Source of the DNA: Mobula hypostoma
Taxonomy: Eukaryota
Assembly: GCF_963921235.1 (NCBI RefSeq)
Contig: NC_086109.1
Coordinates: 20,152,001-20,216,000 of the forward strand
Length of the DNA stretch: 64,000 bases
Direction: 5' to 3'
Under the pieces are notes generated by a model. The model was not told the DNA's origin, ran no database searches, and saw only the letters and a list, made by a program, of their open reading frames with translations. Both the position numbers and the translations under genes were made by a program. Position 1 is the first letter of the stretch. Each line of letters begins with the position of its first letter. Positions 51,564 through 64,000 of the stretch are shown in pieces.

Positions 51564-54500
51564 TCAAAAGGAGATCTGAAACCATAATGGGTAACTGCAG
51601 ATGATCGAAAGACCAAATATTCAGCTGGCTGAAAACAGTGCCACTCAACAAACAAACTTGAACTAAAAGAATTAATTTCCATTCCCTGCCGACCTCACAA
51701 CTTCAGCGTGGTGTCAAATTGGACATTAATACTCTGAATTAATTTGAGTGCTCTTCATTCTCCAATTGTGACTCATGCAGTGTAGAGCTTCCCTGCAGTG
51801 CTTAGGGTTGTTGAGGTCACTGAGGCCCAGCAACGGAGGTGCTGGGGATAGGATGACTTCCACAAATATCCTGAGGTTCAATGTATAACTGCTGCTTCGA
51901 AGATTAATACCACGTGGACTGTAACAGAAAATAAGTCTTGCAACATCTGCATCCTTTCCTCTGCAAGCATCTGTTTCCTGTTTTCAGATAAGGCAAACTA
52001 CGTATGTCTGTTACTCTACATTGATGATTGTATATATAACAGTCAGTGATCTCTCAGGCTAGCTCATAACTGTGCAGTGCCTCCCCTCACCGTTGTATCT
52101 GCTGCTCAGTGTTTGGATCTATTTGTTCTGTGTTCTCTTTGTCAAGTCAAAAATCAGAGAGCAGTCATGCCACCAGTAAAAGGTTTAATCTTTCATTGGA
52201 GAAGGAAGACATTTGGCCCATTATGAATATACTGTCCTTTGAATGAGCTGTCCAATTTGCCACTTTAGGTGTGCTAAGCATAGCATTTTATCTCCATGGT
52301 GTATGACTGCTGCTTTAAAGATCAATACTACATGGACTGTAACCAAATTAATTCTTGCAACATATAGTGTGTAGAGTTACTATGTCTCCTTCCAGATGGT
52401 GCACTCCAGATGCTAACAATTCACTGTGTAAAAATCCTTCCCTTCATCTCCCATCCACTAGTTTTCCTGCCAGCTATCAAGTCTCTACCTCCTTGTTACC
52501 AATGGATGTTTATGGAAACTATTTATCCCTCATGCTCTACAAGAATCCTTCATGTCAGTGAACACGTACTGTAACAGAATCCAGGAAAGGCCGCCCATTC
52601 AACCAGAGTGCAGAAGACAACAAATTGCGCAAATGCCAATAGAAGAAACAAAATTATAAATAAATAAGAATTAAATATTGAGAACAAGAGATGAAGAGTC
52701 TTTGAAAGTGAGTCCATTGGCTGTGGGAGCTTCACTTGCCCATCAATGAAATGTCCCCACAACTAATGGGCTCACTTTCAAGGACTCTTCAAAGTTCCAA
52801 ATGTTCAAGTTCAGACTACATTTATTATCAAATTATATATAAATTATACAACCTTGAGATTCATCTGCCTAACGGGCAGCCACAAAACAAGAAACCCGAA
52901 AGAACCCAGTTTTAAAAAAGACTAACACCCAATGTTTAGAGAGAATAAAAAACAAATGAAATCAAATCATGCAAACAATGAAGCAAGCATTAGCACTCAG
53001 AATGAAATTGAGTCCATAAACCCTAAACCGGGAGCAGTCAGTGGGCCCATAGTCTAAGCCTCAGTCCATCACACAGAGGCAGATCGCGGCGTAGCTCACA
53101 GACACTAAGCCGACAGTGGCCAGGGCACGACACAGCGTCAGCACCGAGGACAGTGGAGTAAAACAGCACAGAGCAGAACCAGCTCCACCCTCGCCTCCAG
53201 TCCCAATACCTTGCCTTTTCAGTCCAGCTGGCCCAGCATTTAAATTCCTCTCTTCTCTTGTTCTCGATATTTATTGCTTATTTTTTATATTATAGTTTCT
53301 CCATTTTGCATGTGTGCATCTCGTCTTCTGCTCTCTGGTTGAGCACCCTAGTTGGGTGGTCTTTCATAGATTCCGTTATAATTCATTAGGTTTGTTGAGT
53401 ATGCCCACAAGAAATTGAATTTCAGGGTTGTCTATGGTGACATACAGTATATGTACCTTGATAATAAAATTTACTTTGAACTTTAATTATTCAATCTTCT
53501 CTGTTCTACAGTGAGGAAACCCAGTTTTACTCATTTGTAATGGCAATCTCAAATCATTCCTGGTCACATTACAGCCCACTAATGTCATCCCGGCAGACTC
53601 ATTGCTCTCGAACTTGTGTGCATGAGCTCTACCACATAGTTCTGTTGTTTGACCCTATGTGTCAGATATGAGAAGGCACGATTCCAAGTCACACAACTAT
53701 CCAACTCCCCATGACAGAAGTGGGAGTTTCACTCATCTGTATGAGTTGTGTTTGGACCAGAGATGAAAAAGGCGATTTGCAATAAACTGCTCCACCCAGC
53801 ATGCTGCAATCGGGTCTCTTTTTACCCCAATAAACAATCCTTAGGGATGAAAGTTGATAAGCGTACTAGTAAATCTCTATCAGGGTGGAACTCTTTGTCC
53901 CGTCACTCTGGGTTCAGGGGTGCTGGATATTTGATCCAGTGCAGGACCACCCAGCTCCACATAGTTCATTTACTTTCAGTGAAAGTATTGAAACTTAATT
54001 CTCATTAAGAATTTCAGGGAAGTGATGCTGAACTTGATCATTGCTATTTTTATAACTGTGAATCATAATTACATGAAGGCATTTAGGAAGCAAGAAAACA
54101 AACTGCTGGTGGAATTCAATGGGTCAAGCAACATCTGTGGAGACAAAGGAATGGTTGATGTTTCAGGGTGGAGATATTTCATCAGGACGACACCCAGAAC
54201 ATCAAGGTCCCTTTGTCTTCACAGATGCTGCCTGACACTTTGAGTTCCTTTAGCAGTTTGCCTTCTGCTCCTAATTACATCATTTATGTCTCTGGGAATA
54301 AACAGAAGTTATCAGTCCGATCTAGATAAATGTCAGGTCTACCTACTTAACTTTTTCCACATCACTCAATATCTTTTATCACCAAAGATAAATCTTATCG
54401 CTTCTTAAAGAACTTCAATAGTCTTATGGAATAATTCGTTCAACCACTTTGGTGAAAATTATTCTTGCTTTCTTTCCAAGAGGAACACAACCTTGTCATT

Positions 54501-55289
54501 GTTTGGAGGTTTGTATGCCCCAATGATCCAGAGAGCTATGTTGATCGGAGTCAGGGCTTTATGCTTTGGCTCTTGGTAGGGTCACCCATGCCAAACAGGT
54601 CAAAGGTTAAAGGCCAGACTAAGAGTGGTCCACAAATCCTTCAGGTTTGGGGGTTCACAGCCTTTTACAACTCATGTTCTCAATGTTATTTGTGTATCTG
54701 CACAGCTTGTTTTCTTTAACACATTGGTTCTTTGTCAGCCTTAGTTCATGTGTAGTTTTTTTGTAAATTCTATTGGATTTCATTCTTTACCATGTAAATG
54801 CCTGCAAGAAAATGAATCTCAAAGTAGTATATGGTAACATAGAGCTTAAATACTTTGATAATAAATTTACTTCATACTTTAAAAATGATTGGAACATGCC
54901 CTGAAAAGGGCATTAACGATTCTCCAGTACACCTGGGAACCTCAAGTTTCGTGCTGTTGCTGTGATTACATAACTAATATTGGAGTTGCTGTAGTTTGTT
55001 TCCTTTGCTCTATAAGTAGACTGTTTACTGAGCAATTTAATCTTGCTGTATAATGGGCAATTCATTGAGCCCCACCTACAACTCATAGGCTGATTGTGTT
55101 GGCAACATATACTGTACTCTGAAAGGAAAAAAACATTATCTATGAGCTCAAGATGTCCTCAAAAGCTTGACAGCTAAAAAAGTATTTCAGAATGTATTCA
55201 CTGTTGTAAGACTTCTACTTAATATATATAGATTAAAGATAAAAAGATTAGCTTTATTTTTCACATGTACGTTGAAATACTGAAATATA

Positions 55290-55797
55290 TAAAACACACA
55301 CAAAATGCTAGAGGAACTCAGCAGGCCGGGCAGCACCTGGGCTGATGGCATGAACACTGATTTTTCGAACTTCTGGTAAATACCTCCCCCCCCACTTCAC
55401 CTTTCCCATTCCCGTTTCCCTCTCTCCCTCTCTCACCTTATCTCTTACCTGCCCATTATCTCCCTCTGGTTCTCCTATCCCTTCCTTTTCTTCTATGGAC
55501 TTCTATCCTCTCCTATCAGATTTCCTGTTCTCCAGCCCTTTATCTCTTTCACCCATCAGCTTCGCAGCCCTCTTCCCCCTCTCCCGGTTTCACCTATCAC
55601 CTACCACCCTGTACTTCTTCCTCCCCTCCCCCCATTTTCTTACTCTAACATCTCATCCTTTTTTCCCAGTTCTGATGAAGGGTCTCGGCCTGAAACGTCA
55701 ACTGTACTCTTTTCCATAGATGCTGCCTGGCCTGCTGAGTTCCTCCCGCATTTTGTGATTGTTGCTTAGATTTCCAGCACTTGCAGATTTTCTCGTC
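55290..55797 (+). mobile_element. PLE fragment with inverted arm and 11-bp TSD
   Basis: TSD actgaaatata at 55279-55289 and 55798-55808; the left arm is the reverse complement of the 3' end. Confidence 0.85.
55667..55704 (+). ncRNA. Minimal type I hammerhead motif of PLE
   Basis: cagtt-CTGATGA-agggtctcggcct-GAAA-CG-TC-aactg; perfect 5-bp stem I. Confidence 0.75.
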
Positions 55798-56339
55798 ACT
55801 GAAATATACGCACATTGAAATATTGCATTGTCTGCATTAACAAACAGTCCGAGGATGTGCTGGGAGCAGCCTGCAAGTGTCGGCAAGCTTCCGGTATCAA
55901 TATAGCATTCCCGCAACTTACTAACCCGAACCCTAACCCGTGTTTCTTTGGACTGTGGGAGGAAACCAGAGCACCCGGAGGAAACTCACGTGGTAACAGG
56001 GTACAAACACCTGGATCTGTGCAAACACCTTACGGACAGTGGCGGGAATTGAACCCTGACACTGTAAAGTATTTTGCTAGCCTTTTCATGACCATGGCTC
56101 CTTTCTACACTACTTTGCCACCTTTAGTTCTAGACACATCAGAAGAAGAGAATGGCTACCTGCCTTCACAAGGTCAGTCCAGGGTGTGAACAAAGGGTGC
56201 AGAGTATGGGACATAGTCTAGACTGTGGGCCGGTGATGGGTACAGAGTAAGTGTCAGGGATGTGGCTGAGAGTAAAGAGAGAATATTGAGATGCTTGTTT
56301 TTGATGTTCATTGTGAGATCAGTTAGAAGGTTGGGAGGG

Positions 56340-56545
56340 CTTCACTCCTCTTCTTTGAAGTTATATTATGGTATCTCTAACCTCTAGCTAAAAGGAAGAC
56401 TGGGCCCAGATTTTAACAATTGATGGGACTTTCAGTAGTCCCACACTCCCTCAGTCATGTCCTGGATTATCAGTCTGGACTTGGTGTTGAAAGCTCTCGA
56501 ATGGGACTGGAACTCACAACATTGTGATTGCCATCATGAGCCATG
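56340..56545 (-). mobile_element. SacSINE1/LF-SINE-like 5' head
   Basis: Reverse complement has gagttccagtcccattcgagag..ccagactgataatccagg..actgagggagtg. Confidence 0.5.
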
Positions 56546-59500
56546 GTATGCTCATTCAGTGAAATCACACTGATTTATATATTTGCCATTTGCTGTTTCA
56601 AGCATAGGGGTTAACAGAAAAGGATTCATAGGGATTAACACTATTCCTGGATACCTACTTCTGCTACCTAAAGCACTGAGCTGGGATTAAATTTACCCAA
56701 AGTTTCCTTCCTGAAAATCAAGGCCTAACTGAGAAGGGACACAGTTCCCATGATCCCATGTTTTGAAAATCAATACACAGCAACACTGCTTTATCTTTCA
56801 GATGGTTAACATTTGGATCTCACCACCACTCCTGTTCCAGTGGCCTAACTAGCCCCTTTTCACCTCTCAGCGCTCTAGACCCTGACCTATCTTTGATTCG
56901 GAATTCAGCAATGCCAGAGTTTTAGAGCACCCAGGTTTCTCATCAGTAACTTCCTTCATCTCGTCTCTTCCCATCTCAGAGGATAATCTCTAACCCATGA
57001 ACCCTGAGATTTCCATCTCTAATTTAGAACTCAAAAACATTCTTGATATTCTTTTGTTTCACTCTTGGCAGTGGTATTTTCTTCGACCAGAAGACCATAA
57101 AACAAACATAGGAGTAGAATTGGGCCATTTGGCCCATTGAGTCTGCCAACCCCGCATTCCGTTAAGGCTGATTCATTACCCCTTTCAAACCCATTCTCCT
57201 GCCTTCTTCCCATAACCTTTGGCACACTCACTAATCAAGAAACTATCAACTTCTGCTTTAAATATACCCAATGACTTAGCTTCCACAGCTGTCTGTGGCA
57301 AGATTCACTACCCTCTGGCTAAAGAAATCCACCTTAAAATCTACCTCTTTCATTAAGTTATCTTTGCTCTCCCTGGTATTGACTTAATCAGCCTGGTGTT
57401 AAATTTTGCTCTTGTTATTTATTCACTATTAAGTGCGTATGGTTGTCATTGGCAAGGGCAGCACTTATTGTATAACCTGCTTACATTTAAGAAGGTGCTA
57501 GTGAGCTGTGACTTTCAACTATCTCAGTGCTTCTGGTGTAGATGCTCCGTCAGTAATGTTGGTTTGGGTGCGCCAGGATTTAGACCTGGCAACGGAGAAG
57601 GACTAGTTGATGTATTTTACAGTCAGTATCACCTACAACTTGAGGAGAATCGACAGGAGGTGGTGATCCCTTTAAGCTGGTGCTGGAGGTCACGAGTTTG
57701 GGAAGTGCTTCCATAGCATTCTTGGTGAATTTTTTTAGATGATACGCACTGAAGCTAAGGTGCACAACCAGTCGAATGAATGGTCTGGGTGAAGACCAAG
57801 TAGCTGATTTGTACTCGGTGGTGTAGAATCTCTTGAGTGTTGTTGGAACTGAACTCATCCAGGAAAGAGGTGGGTATTTCATCAAGCTTAATTTCAGGTT
57901 TATTGTCATGGACAGACAGTACATAACCAGGGTATAAACACAATGAAAGTTAGCTTTCTGCAGCAGCAGCAGCAGGGTATGTAACAAAAATGACAAACAT
58001 TCAGTTACATAAGCCCAAACCACCATAAATTATATATATCTCACATGATAAAGTAAACAAGAATTACATATCACAAGCAAGAAAAAATCTGCAGATGATG
58101 GGAATCCAAAGCAACACACAGAAAATGCTGGAGGAACTCAGCAAGCCAGGCAGCATTTATGGAAAAGAGTATGGTTGGCGTTTCGGGCCAAGACCCTTCA
58201 GTACTAGAAGTTGATGGAAATACAGCCTAAAATAGAAGTCACGTTTTTCAGGTCAGTTCGAGATCCTGACGACGTTGCAGGAGAAGCTGTGGTTGAACCT
58301 TGAGGTGTGGGTCTTCAGGCTCCTGTACCTCCTGCCTGATGGCAGCAATGAGAAATGGGCAAGGCTCAGACAGTGGACCATTCTCTCGATGTGTGCCTTG
58401 CAGATGGTGTAAACCCTTTAGGTTTCAAGAGAATCACTCAGTGCCGGATACCTAACCTCTGACTTGCTTTTATTGCAATTGTATTTCAGTGGCTGATCCA
58501 ACTAAATTTATGGTCAATGGCAATCCCAGCGTTGTTGATGGTGGAGTGCTTGGTAATCATAATGCCATTGAATGTCAAGGCTAATTTGCGAGCCACTCTT
58601 TTGTCAAATTATAGGTTTTGCCAGGATAATGTCAAGGCTCCCACATCATCCTCCTTTTTGGCTGAGCATTAGACCGAATCTGTGATGGCTTCTGGAGCAG
58701 AGTAGTTCTGGCAGGCTTACAGTAAGACTGAGATGTATGTACAAGTTAATGCTGAGGCAAATAATACATGGTTTCACAGATGAAAAGAACAGAAGGACAT
58801 ATTGACAGTAACACAGTTAGTAGAGCCTCTGCCTCACAACTCCAATGACCTGAGTTCAATCCTGGCCTAAAAACGCTAGCTCTGTGGGACTTAGCTGATT
58901 CTGCCGTGACCATGCGGGCCTCCTCCGGGGCCACTGGTTTCCTCTCAAATCCCAATGGTCGGTGGCCGTTTTAATTTGTCTCTGTAAGTTGCCCCTGGCG
59001 TGTAGGTGAGTAGTAGAGTCTGGGGAAAGTTGTTGAGAGTGAACAGGTGTCAGGTTGGTCTAAATGGGAGTTTGATGGTTAGCATAGACTCTGAAAGTGA
59101 GGAACTTGTTTGCGTGCTCTGTAACTGTATGATAATAGTTGAAAGGTGAATTCTAAGGGGGACCGGGGGGTGGGCGGGGGGAGCTTCTTCACTCAGAGGG
59201 TGGTGCAAGCGTGGAGAGGACGACCAGTGGAAGTGGTGCACATGGGCTTGATTGCAACATTTCAGAGAGATTTGGATAAGTACATGGATAAGAGGAGTGT
59301 GGATGGGGTATGTCCAGGTGCAAGTCAATAGGACTACGTAGAGCAACAGTTCAGCATGGACTAGATGGACAGAAAGGCCTGCTTCTGTGCTGTAGTTCTC
59401 TATGATTCTGTAAGTCAAAATTGTTAATGGCCCATGAGTAGTATAAGCACTATCAGTGATCAGTTGGGCTGAATGGCCTGTTTCTATATTACAAAATCCA

Positions 59501-59977
59501 ATTACCAGAAACACAAAATCTGTTAAATCTAACAATGTAAAGATGTTTCAGGGCTAAAGGGAATAACACAAAGGGGAAGAGGTTAAGGTTTCAGAGAGGT
59601 TATGTGCACTATGAAAGCTTTTTATATTTCAAGAGTATGCTCTGATAATGCATTTCGAGTTTGAACACTACAATAATTGTCTATTTCCCCTGAAGCTGTT
59701 CATGAATTTTCTTAGACTTTTAAATTCAAATTCCCTTTAGGATGAGCAGATATAATAAGAATGGAGAGCTTTATTAGGAATAGGAGCGTCTCCTCAGACG
59801 TGACATTTAGGTTAGGCTCACTAACTTCATCTTCAGTAAATGAAAATAATAAAAAAGACACACAGATGCTGGAAATCTGAAATAAAAATGGAAAATTCTA
59901 GAGAAGCTCGGCAGGTCAGGCTGCACCAGTGGAAAGAGGAACAGTTAAGCCTCCAGGTCTGTGATCCTTCATCAGAT

Positions 59978-60497
59978 CTACTGTCAGTGGTCACCAAGGT
60001 AACACCTGCACATCTGCTCGTTAATGCAAATACCTAATCAGCCAATCAGGTGACAACAACTCAATGCATAAGATCATGCAGACATGATCAAGAAGTTCAG
60101 CTGCTGTTCAGACTCATCCGTAGAAGGAAGTAAAGTGACTGACTGTGAAATAATTGTTTGCCCCAAACAAGATGGCTTGAGTATCTCAGAGACCACCGAT
60201 CTCCTGGGATTTTCACGCACAGCCGTCATTAGAGTGTCCAGAGAATGGGGCAAAAAGCAAAAATTATCCAGTGACCACCGTCTGTGGACGAAAACACCTT
60301 GTTAATGAGAGAGGTTAGAGGAGAAGGGCCAGACTAGTTCAGGTTGACTGGAAGGTGACAGGAACTCAAATAACCACAACAGTGGTGCACAGAAGAGCAT
60401 CTCTGAACGTACAACACACTGAAATTTTAAGTGGATGGGCTGCAGTGGCAGAAGACCAAGAACACACACTCAGTGGCCTCGTTATTAGTTACAGGGT
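59978..60497 (+). mobile_element. Tc1-derived non-autonomous element
   Basis: GLSISETTDLLGFSRTAVIRVSREW (Tc1 HTH); TIR-like cagtgg ends. Confidence 0.75.
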
Positions 60498-60904
60498 TGT
60501 GTGTGTGTGTGTGTGTGTGTGTAGAAAGGATGGTGAACATTAATTTGAGATAATGAAGCAAAGAAAGGCCAGCTCTTCACTCTTTCTGCCTTTCATTCTC
60601 GGGATCATCCTCAAGAACCTTTCTGGGCGATGGTGGTGCTGTTTCTTAATCTACTTTGTGATACTGTCACACCCTCAGGGTCAGTACAGATGAAGCAATG
60701 CTTGTTTGAAGTCCGAGTCTGAGAGGCTGCCGCAGTGTTATATTGGGACTGAGCTTCTTAGCCATGTCTCTGGAAGGCTGTGCGTCTTTTTCAAAGCCCA
60801 GCATCCCAGGGCTCTAGGGAATAAATTGCAAATGCAGTTTATCCGCTCTGGGGAACAAATTGCAGGTTATTCTGAAAAAGGCAAATGCATCTTCCAAAGT
60901 AAGG

Positions 60905-61935
60905 AAACACACTAACCAAATGCTGGAGGAACTCAACAGGTCAGGCAGCATCTGTGGAAATGAATAACAGTCAACATTTTGAGCTAAGACCCTTCATCAG
61001 GACTGGGAAGTAAGGGGGATGAAGCCCGAATAAGAAGAGGGAAGCAGTACATGCTAAATGGTAATAGTCGAAGCCAGGTGGGTTGGGTTGGGTGGGGTGG
61101 GGTGGGGTGGGGTGGGATGAAGTAAGAAGCTGGGAAGTGATAGGAGGAAAGGCTAAAGGGCTGAAGAAGAAGGAAGCTAATAGGAGAGGAGTGTGGACCA
61201 TGGGAGAATAGGAAGGAGGAGGGGCACCAGGGAGAGCTAATAGGCAAAAGAGGGAAGAAGGGAGCTAGAGTAGGGAATGGATGATGGAAGGGGAGGGGGA
61301 AGTTTTACTGAGTGTTAAATTGATGTTGATGCCATCAGGTTGGAGACTACCCAGATGGAGTATGAGGTGTTGCTCCTCCAGCCTGAGAATGGCGTCACTG
61401 TGGCAGTAGAGGAGGTCATGGAGGTCATGCACCAACATGTTGGAGTGGGAATGGGGATTGGAGTTAAAATGGTTGGACACCAGGGAATCTTGCTTGTTAC
61501 AGATGGAGTGAAGGTGCTCAATGAAGCCGTCCCCCAATCTAAGTAACGTCTCACCAACGTTGAGGACACCACACCTGGAGCACCACATACAGTAGACAAC
61601 CCCAACAGATTTGCAGGTGAAGCGTTGCCTCACCTGGAAGGACTGTTTGGGGCCCTAAATGGATGTGAGGGAGGAGGTGAACAGGAGGTGTAGGGGTAAG
61701 TGCCAGGAGGGAGATTAGTGGGAGGGACAAACGGACAACGGAATCATGGATCCCTGCAGAAAGTGGTGAGTGAGGGAGATAAAGATGTGTTTGGTGGTAG
61801 GATCCCATTGAAGATGGTAGAAGTTGCAGCGAATGATGTGCTGAATGCAGAGGCTCATGGGGTGGTGGTAGATGAGGACAAGAGAAACTCTATCTATGTT
61901 AAAGCAGTGGGAAGATGGGGTGAAGGCGGATAACC
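60905..61935 (-). mobile_element. Penelope-like element: GIY-YIG region plus pLTR
   Basis: RQRFTCKSVGVVYCMWCSRCGVLNVGET..RLGDGFIEH..RLEEQHLILHLGSLQPDGIN. Confidence 0.88.
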
Positions 61936-62044
61936 AGGAAATGGGAAAAAGGGATGATATCAAATATCTTGGTGTCAATTTGGATGTATTAAAATGTGTA
62001 CATTTGATTTTAAACTGGTTTGGGTCAACCATTCTAAGAAAATC

Positions 62045-63075
62045 ATAAGAAAATAAGATAAAGGAACAGAATCAGGCCTTTTGGCACATCAAGTCTGCTC
62101 TGCCAATCCATCATGGATGATTCATTATCCCTCTCCCTGTAACCTTTGACACCTTCACTGTCAACCTCTGCTTTAAATATTCATAATAGTTGGCCTCCAC
62201 TGTCGTCTATGGCAATGAATTCCATGGATCCACTGCCCTCCAACTAAAAAAATTCCTCCTCATCTCTGTCCTAAAGGGACATCCTTCTATTCTGAGGCTG
62301 TGCCCTCTGGTCCTCCACTATAGGAAACATCCACTCCACATCCACTCTATCGAGGCCTATCAATATTCGATCGGTTTCAATGAGCTGCCCTCCACCCCTC
62401 TCTGCCTCATTCTGCTAAACTCAGGTGAGTAAAGGCCCTGAGCCATTAAAAATGCTCCCCATACATTCACCCGTTCATTTCAGGGATGATTCTTGTAAAA
62501 TTTCTCCAGACTCTCTCCAATGACAGTACATCCTTCTTTAGATAAGGGGCCCAAAACTGTTCACAATACTCAAAGTGTGTTCTGACAAATGCCTTAAAAA
62601 GCCTCAGCATTACAACCTTGCCTTCATATTTCAGTCATCTTGAAATGAGTGCTAAAATTTAATTTGCCTTTCTTACCACTGCAACCTTTAGGGAATCCTG
62701 CACATGGACTCCCAAGTCCCTTTGCAGCACTGATTTCTGAATTTTCTCCCCGTTTAGAACATAGTCCATGCCTTTATTCCTTCTTCCAAAGTGCATGGCC
62801 ACACACTTGCCTACACTATATTCCAACTGCCACTTCTTTTTCCATTCTCCCAACCTGTCCAAGTCCTCCTGCAGGCTCCCTGTTTCCTGAACACCACCTG
62901 CCCCTCCTCCTGTCTTCATATCGTCTGCAAACCTGGCCACAAACCCAACAATTCTGTCATCTAAATCATTGACATACAACGTGAAAAGGATCAGCCCCAA
63001 CACCAGCCCCTGCGGCAGACCTCCAGCCACAGGCAGCCAAACAGAGACGGCCCCCTTATTCCCACTCTTGATATT
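62045..63075 (-). mobile_element. CR1 RT/3' fragment
   Basis: GLPQGLVLGLILFTLYVNDLD..VARFADDMK..LQEDLDRL..WQLEYSVGKC. Confidence 0.88.
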
Positions 63076-63499
63076 AGCCCAAGACAGTAAAGAGAAGTAC
63101 ACGGCTTTTCTTAAAATAGTTGCTTGAGATCTCTCATGCATCCTTAAGAGTATAGTATCTTAGTGAGACATTTTATCAGAAATACAGGACCTCAGACCCT
63201 GCACCATCAGCCAAGACTCTTTTGTATTAAATATGTATACAAATTTTGTGAGTAGATCCTAATCCATCAACTTTCTGACTCAAACAAGATTCACCACTGA
63301 GCTATGGCAGAGATTCATAATTACCTGCAATTCTACTACTTGTTCAATGGAAGTCAAAATTATATCTCAACCTGCATCTATGATTTCACTGTTATGTCTG
63401 TGAAGATGATTGAAATTGCCTCTTTGCAGCAATGCGTCTGCTTTGTAATGCACAAGGTTGAATTGTTTGGTGAAAAGAGTTTCACACAGTTCAAAAAGG

Positions 63500-64000
63500 T
63501 AAAGTGGATTCCAGTTAATTGGCCATCGGTTAACTGGGGCAGCTGCTTATTTGGGACAACTCCTGAAGAACAAACATGAGAAAATCTGTAGATGCTGGAA
63601 ATCCAAGCAACACACACAAAATGCTGGAGGAACTCAGCAGGCCAGGTAGCATCTATGGAAAAGAGTAAACAGTCGACGTTTCGGGCCAAGATCCTTCATC
63701 AACGAACAAAATAGCTGGGATTACCTCTGTTTATTCTAGCGTCAGTTACGTGAACTTGCGTGGCAGTTAGACACGACACCGTGCTTAGAGTGAACAGTTT
63801 TTAAACAGCATCAGTTGCATGTGTTTGCCTTCAGCAGTGATCTTTGTCACTGAGAGTTACTGAGAAATAAGCAGAAAGCCTATTTAGAATTGTTTTATTC
63901 ACAGCAATTTCAAGTCTTCAGGCTTGTAGTTGCCTGAAACCGCCAGGATGACTTCACAACTTCAACAAGCTAGGAACCACAAAGAATTTGAAGGTATTGA
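63500..64000 (+). mobile_element. pogo/Tigger-like DNA transposon relic, interrupted by a PLE end (63575-63703, minus strand)
   Basis: Starts taaagtggattccagttaattgg (Tigger-like TIR); I.NCF..S.F motif near 63880; gaacaaa duplicated around the PLE insert. Confidence 0.45.

Noticed and set aside
1..64000. Most ORFs in the six-frame track as genes
   Set aside because: They are short, overlap repeats, or are antisense and alternate frames of LINE, PLE or SINE sequence; no coherent exon chain of a known protein

Overview
Repeat-dense eukaryotic DNA, intergenic or from a long intron. The repeat families (V-SINE/HE1-like, SacSINE/DeuSINE-like, CR1, Rex1/Babar, Penelope) point to a cartilaginous fish, probably a ray; this is an inference. 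I can support no intact host gene, and nearly all ORFs in the track are transposon debris or chance. Recognisable content: many truncated CR1 and Rex1/Babar LINEs; two divergent HERO/NeSL-type (R2 superfamily, RT plus restriction-like endonuclease) retrotransposons; Penelope-like elements (PLEs) with minimal hammerhead motifs, inverted ends and TSDs; tRNA- and RTE-derived SINEs; Tc1 and pogo relics; a 227-bp solo LTR; an STPR-repeat (Helitron-like) relic; and an intronless SLC38A10 fragment. The best lead is that both HERO-type elements carry, about 70 nt after the stop codon, all hammerhead core motifs (NUH, GAAA, CUGANGA) in a non-circularly permuted order. Their stems differ in sequence but keep complementarity. 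Family names come from motif recognition without database searches, and most repeat boundaries are approximate (tens of bp).
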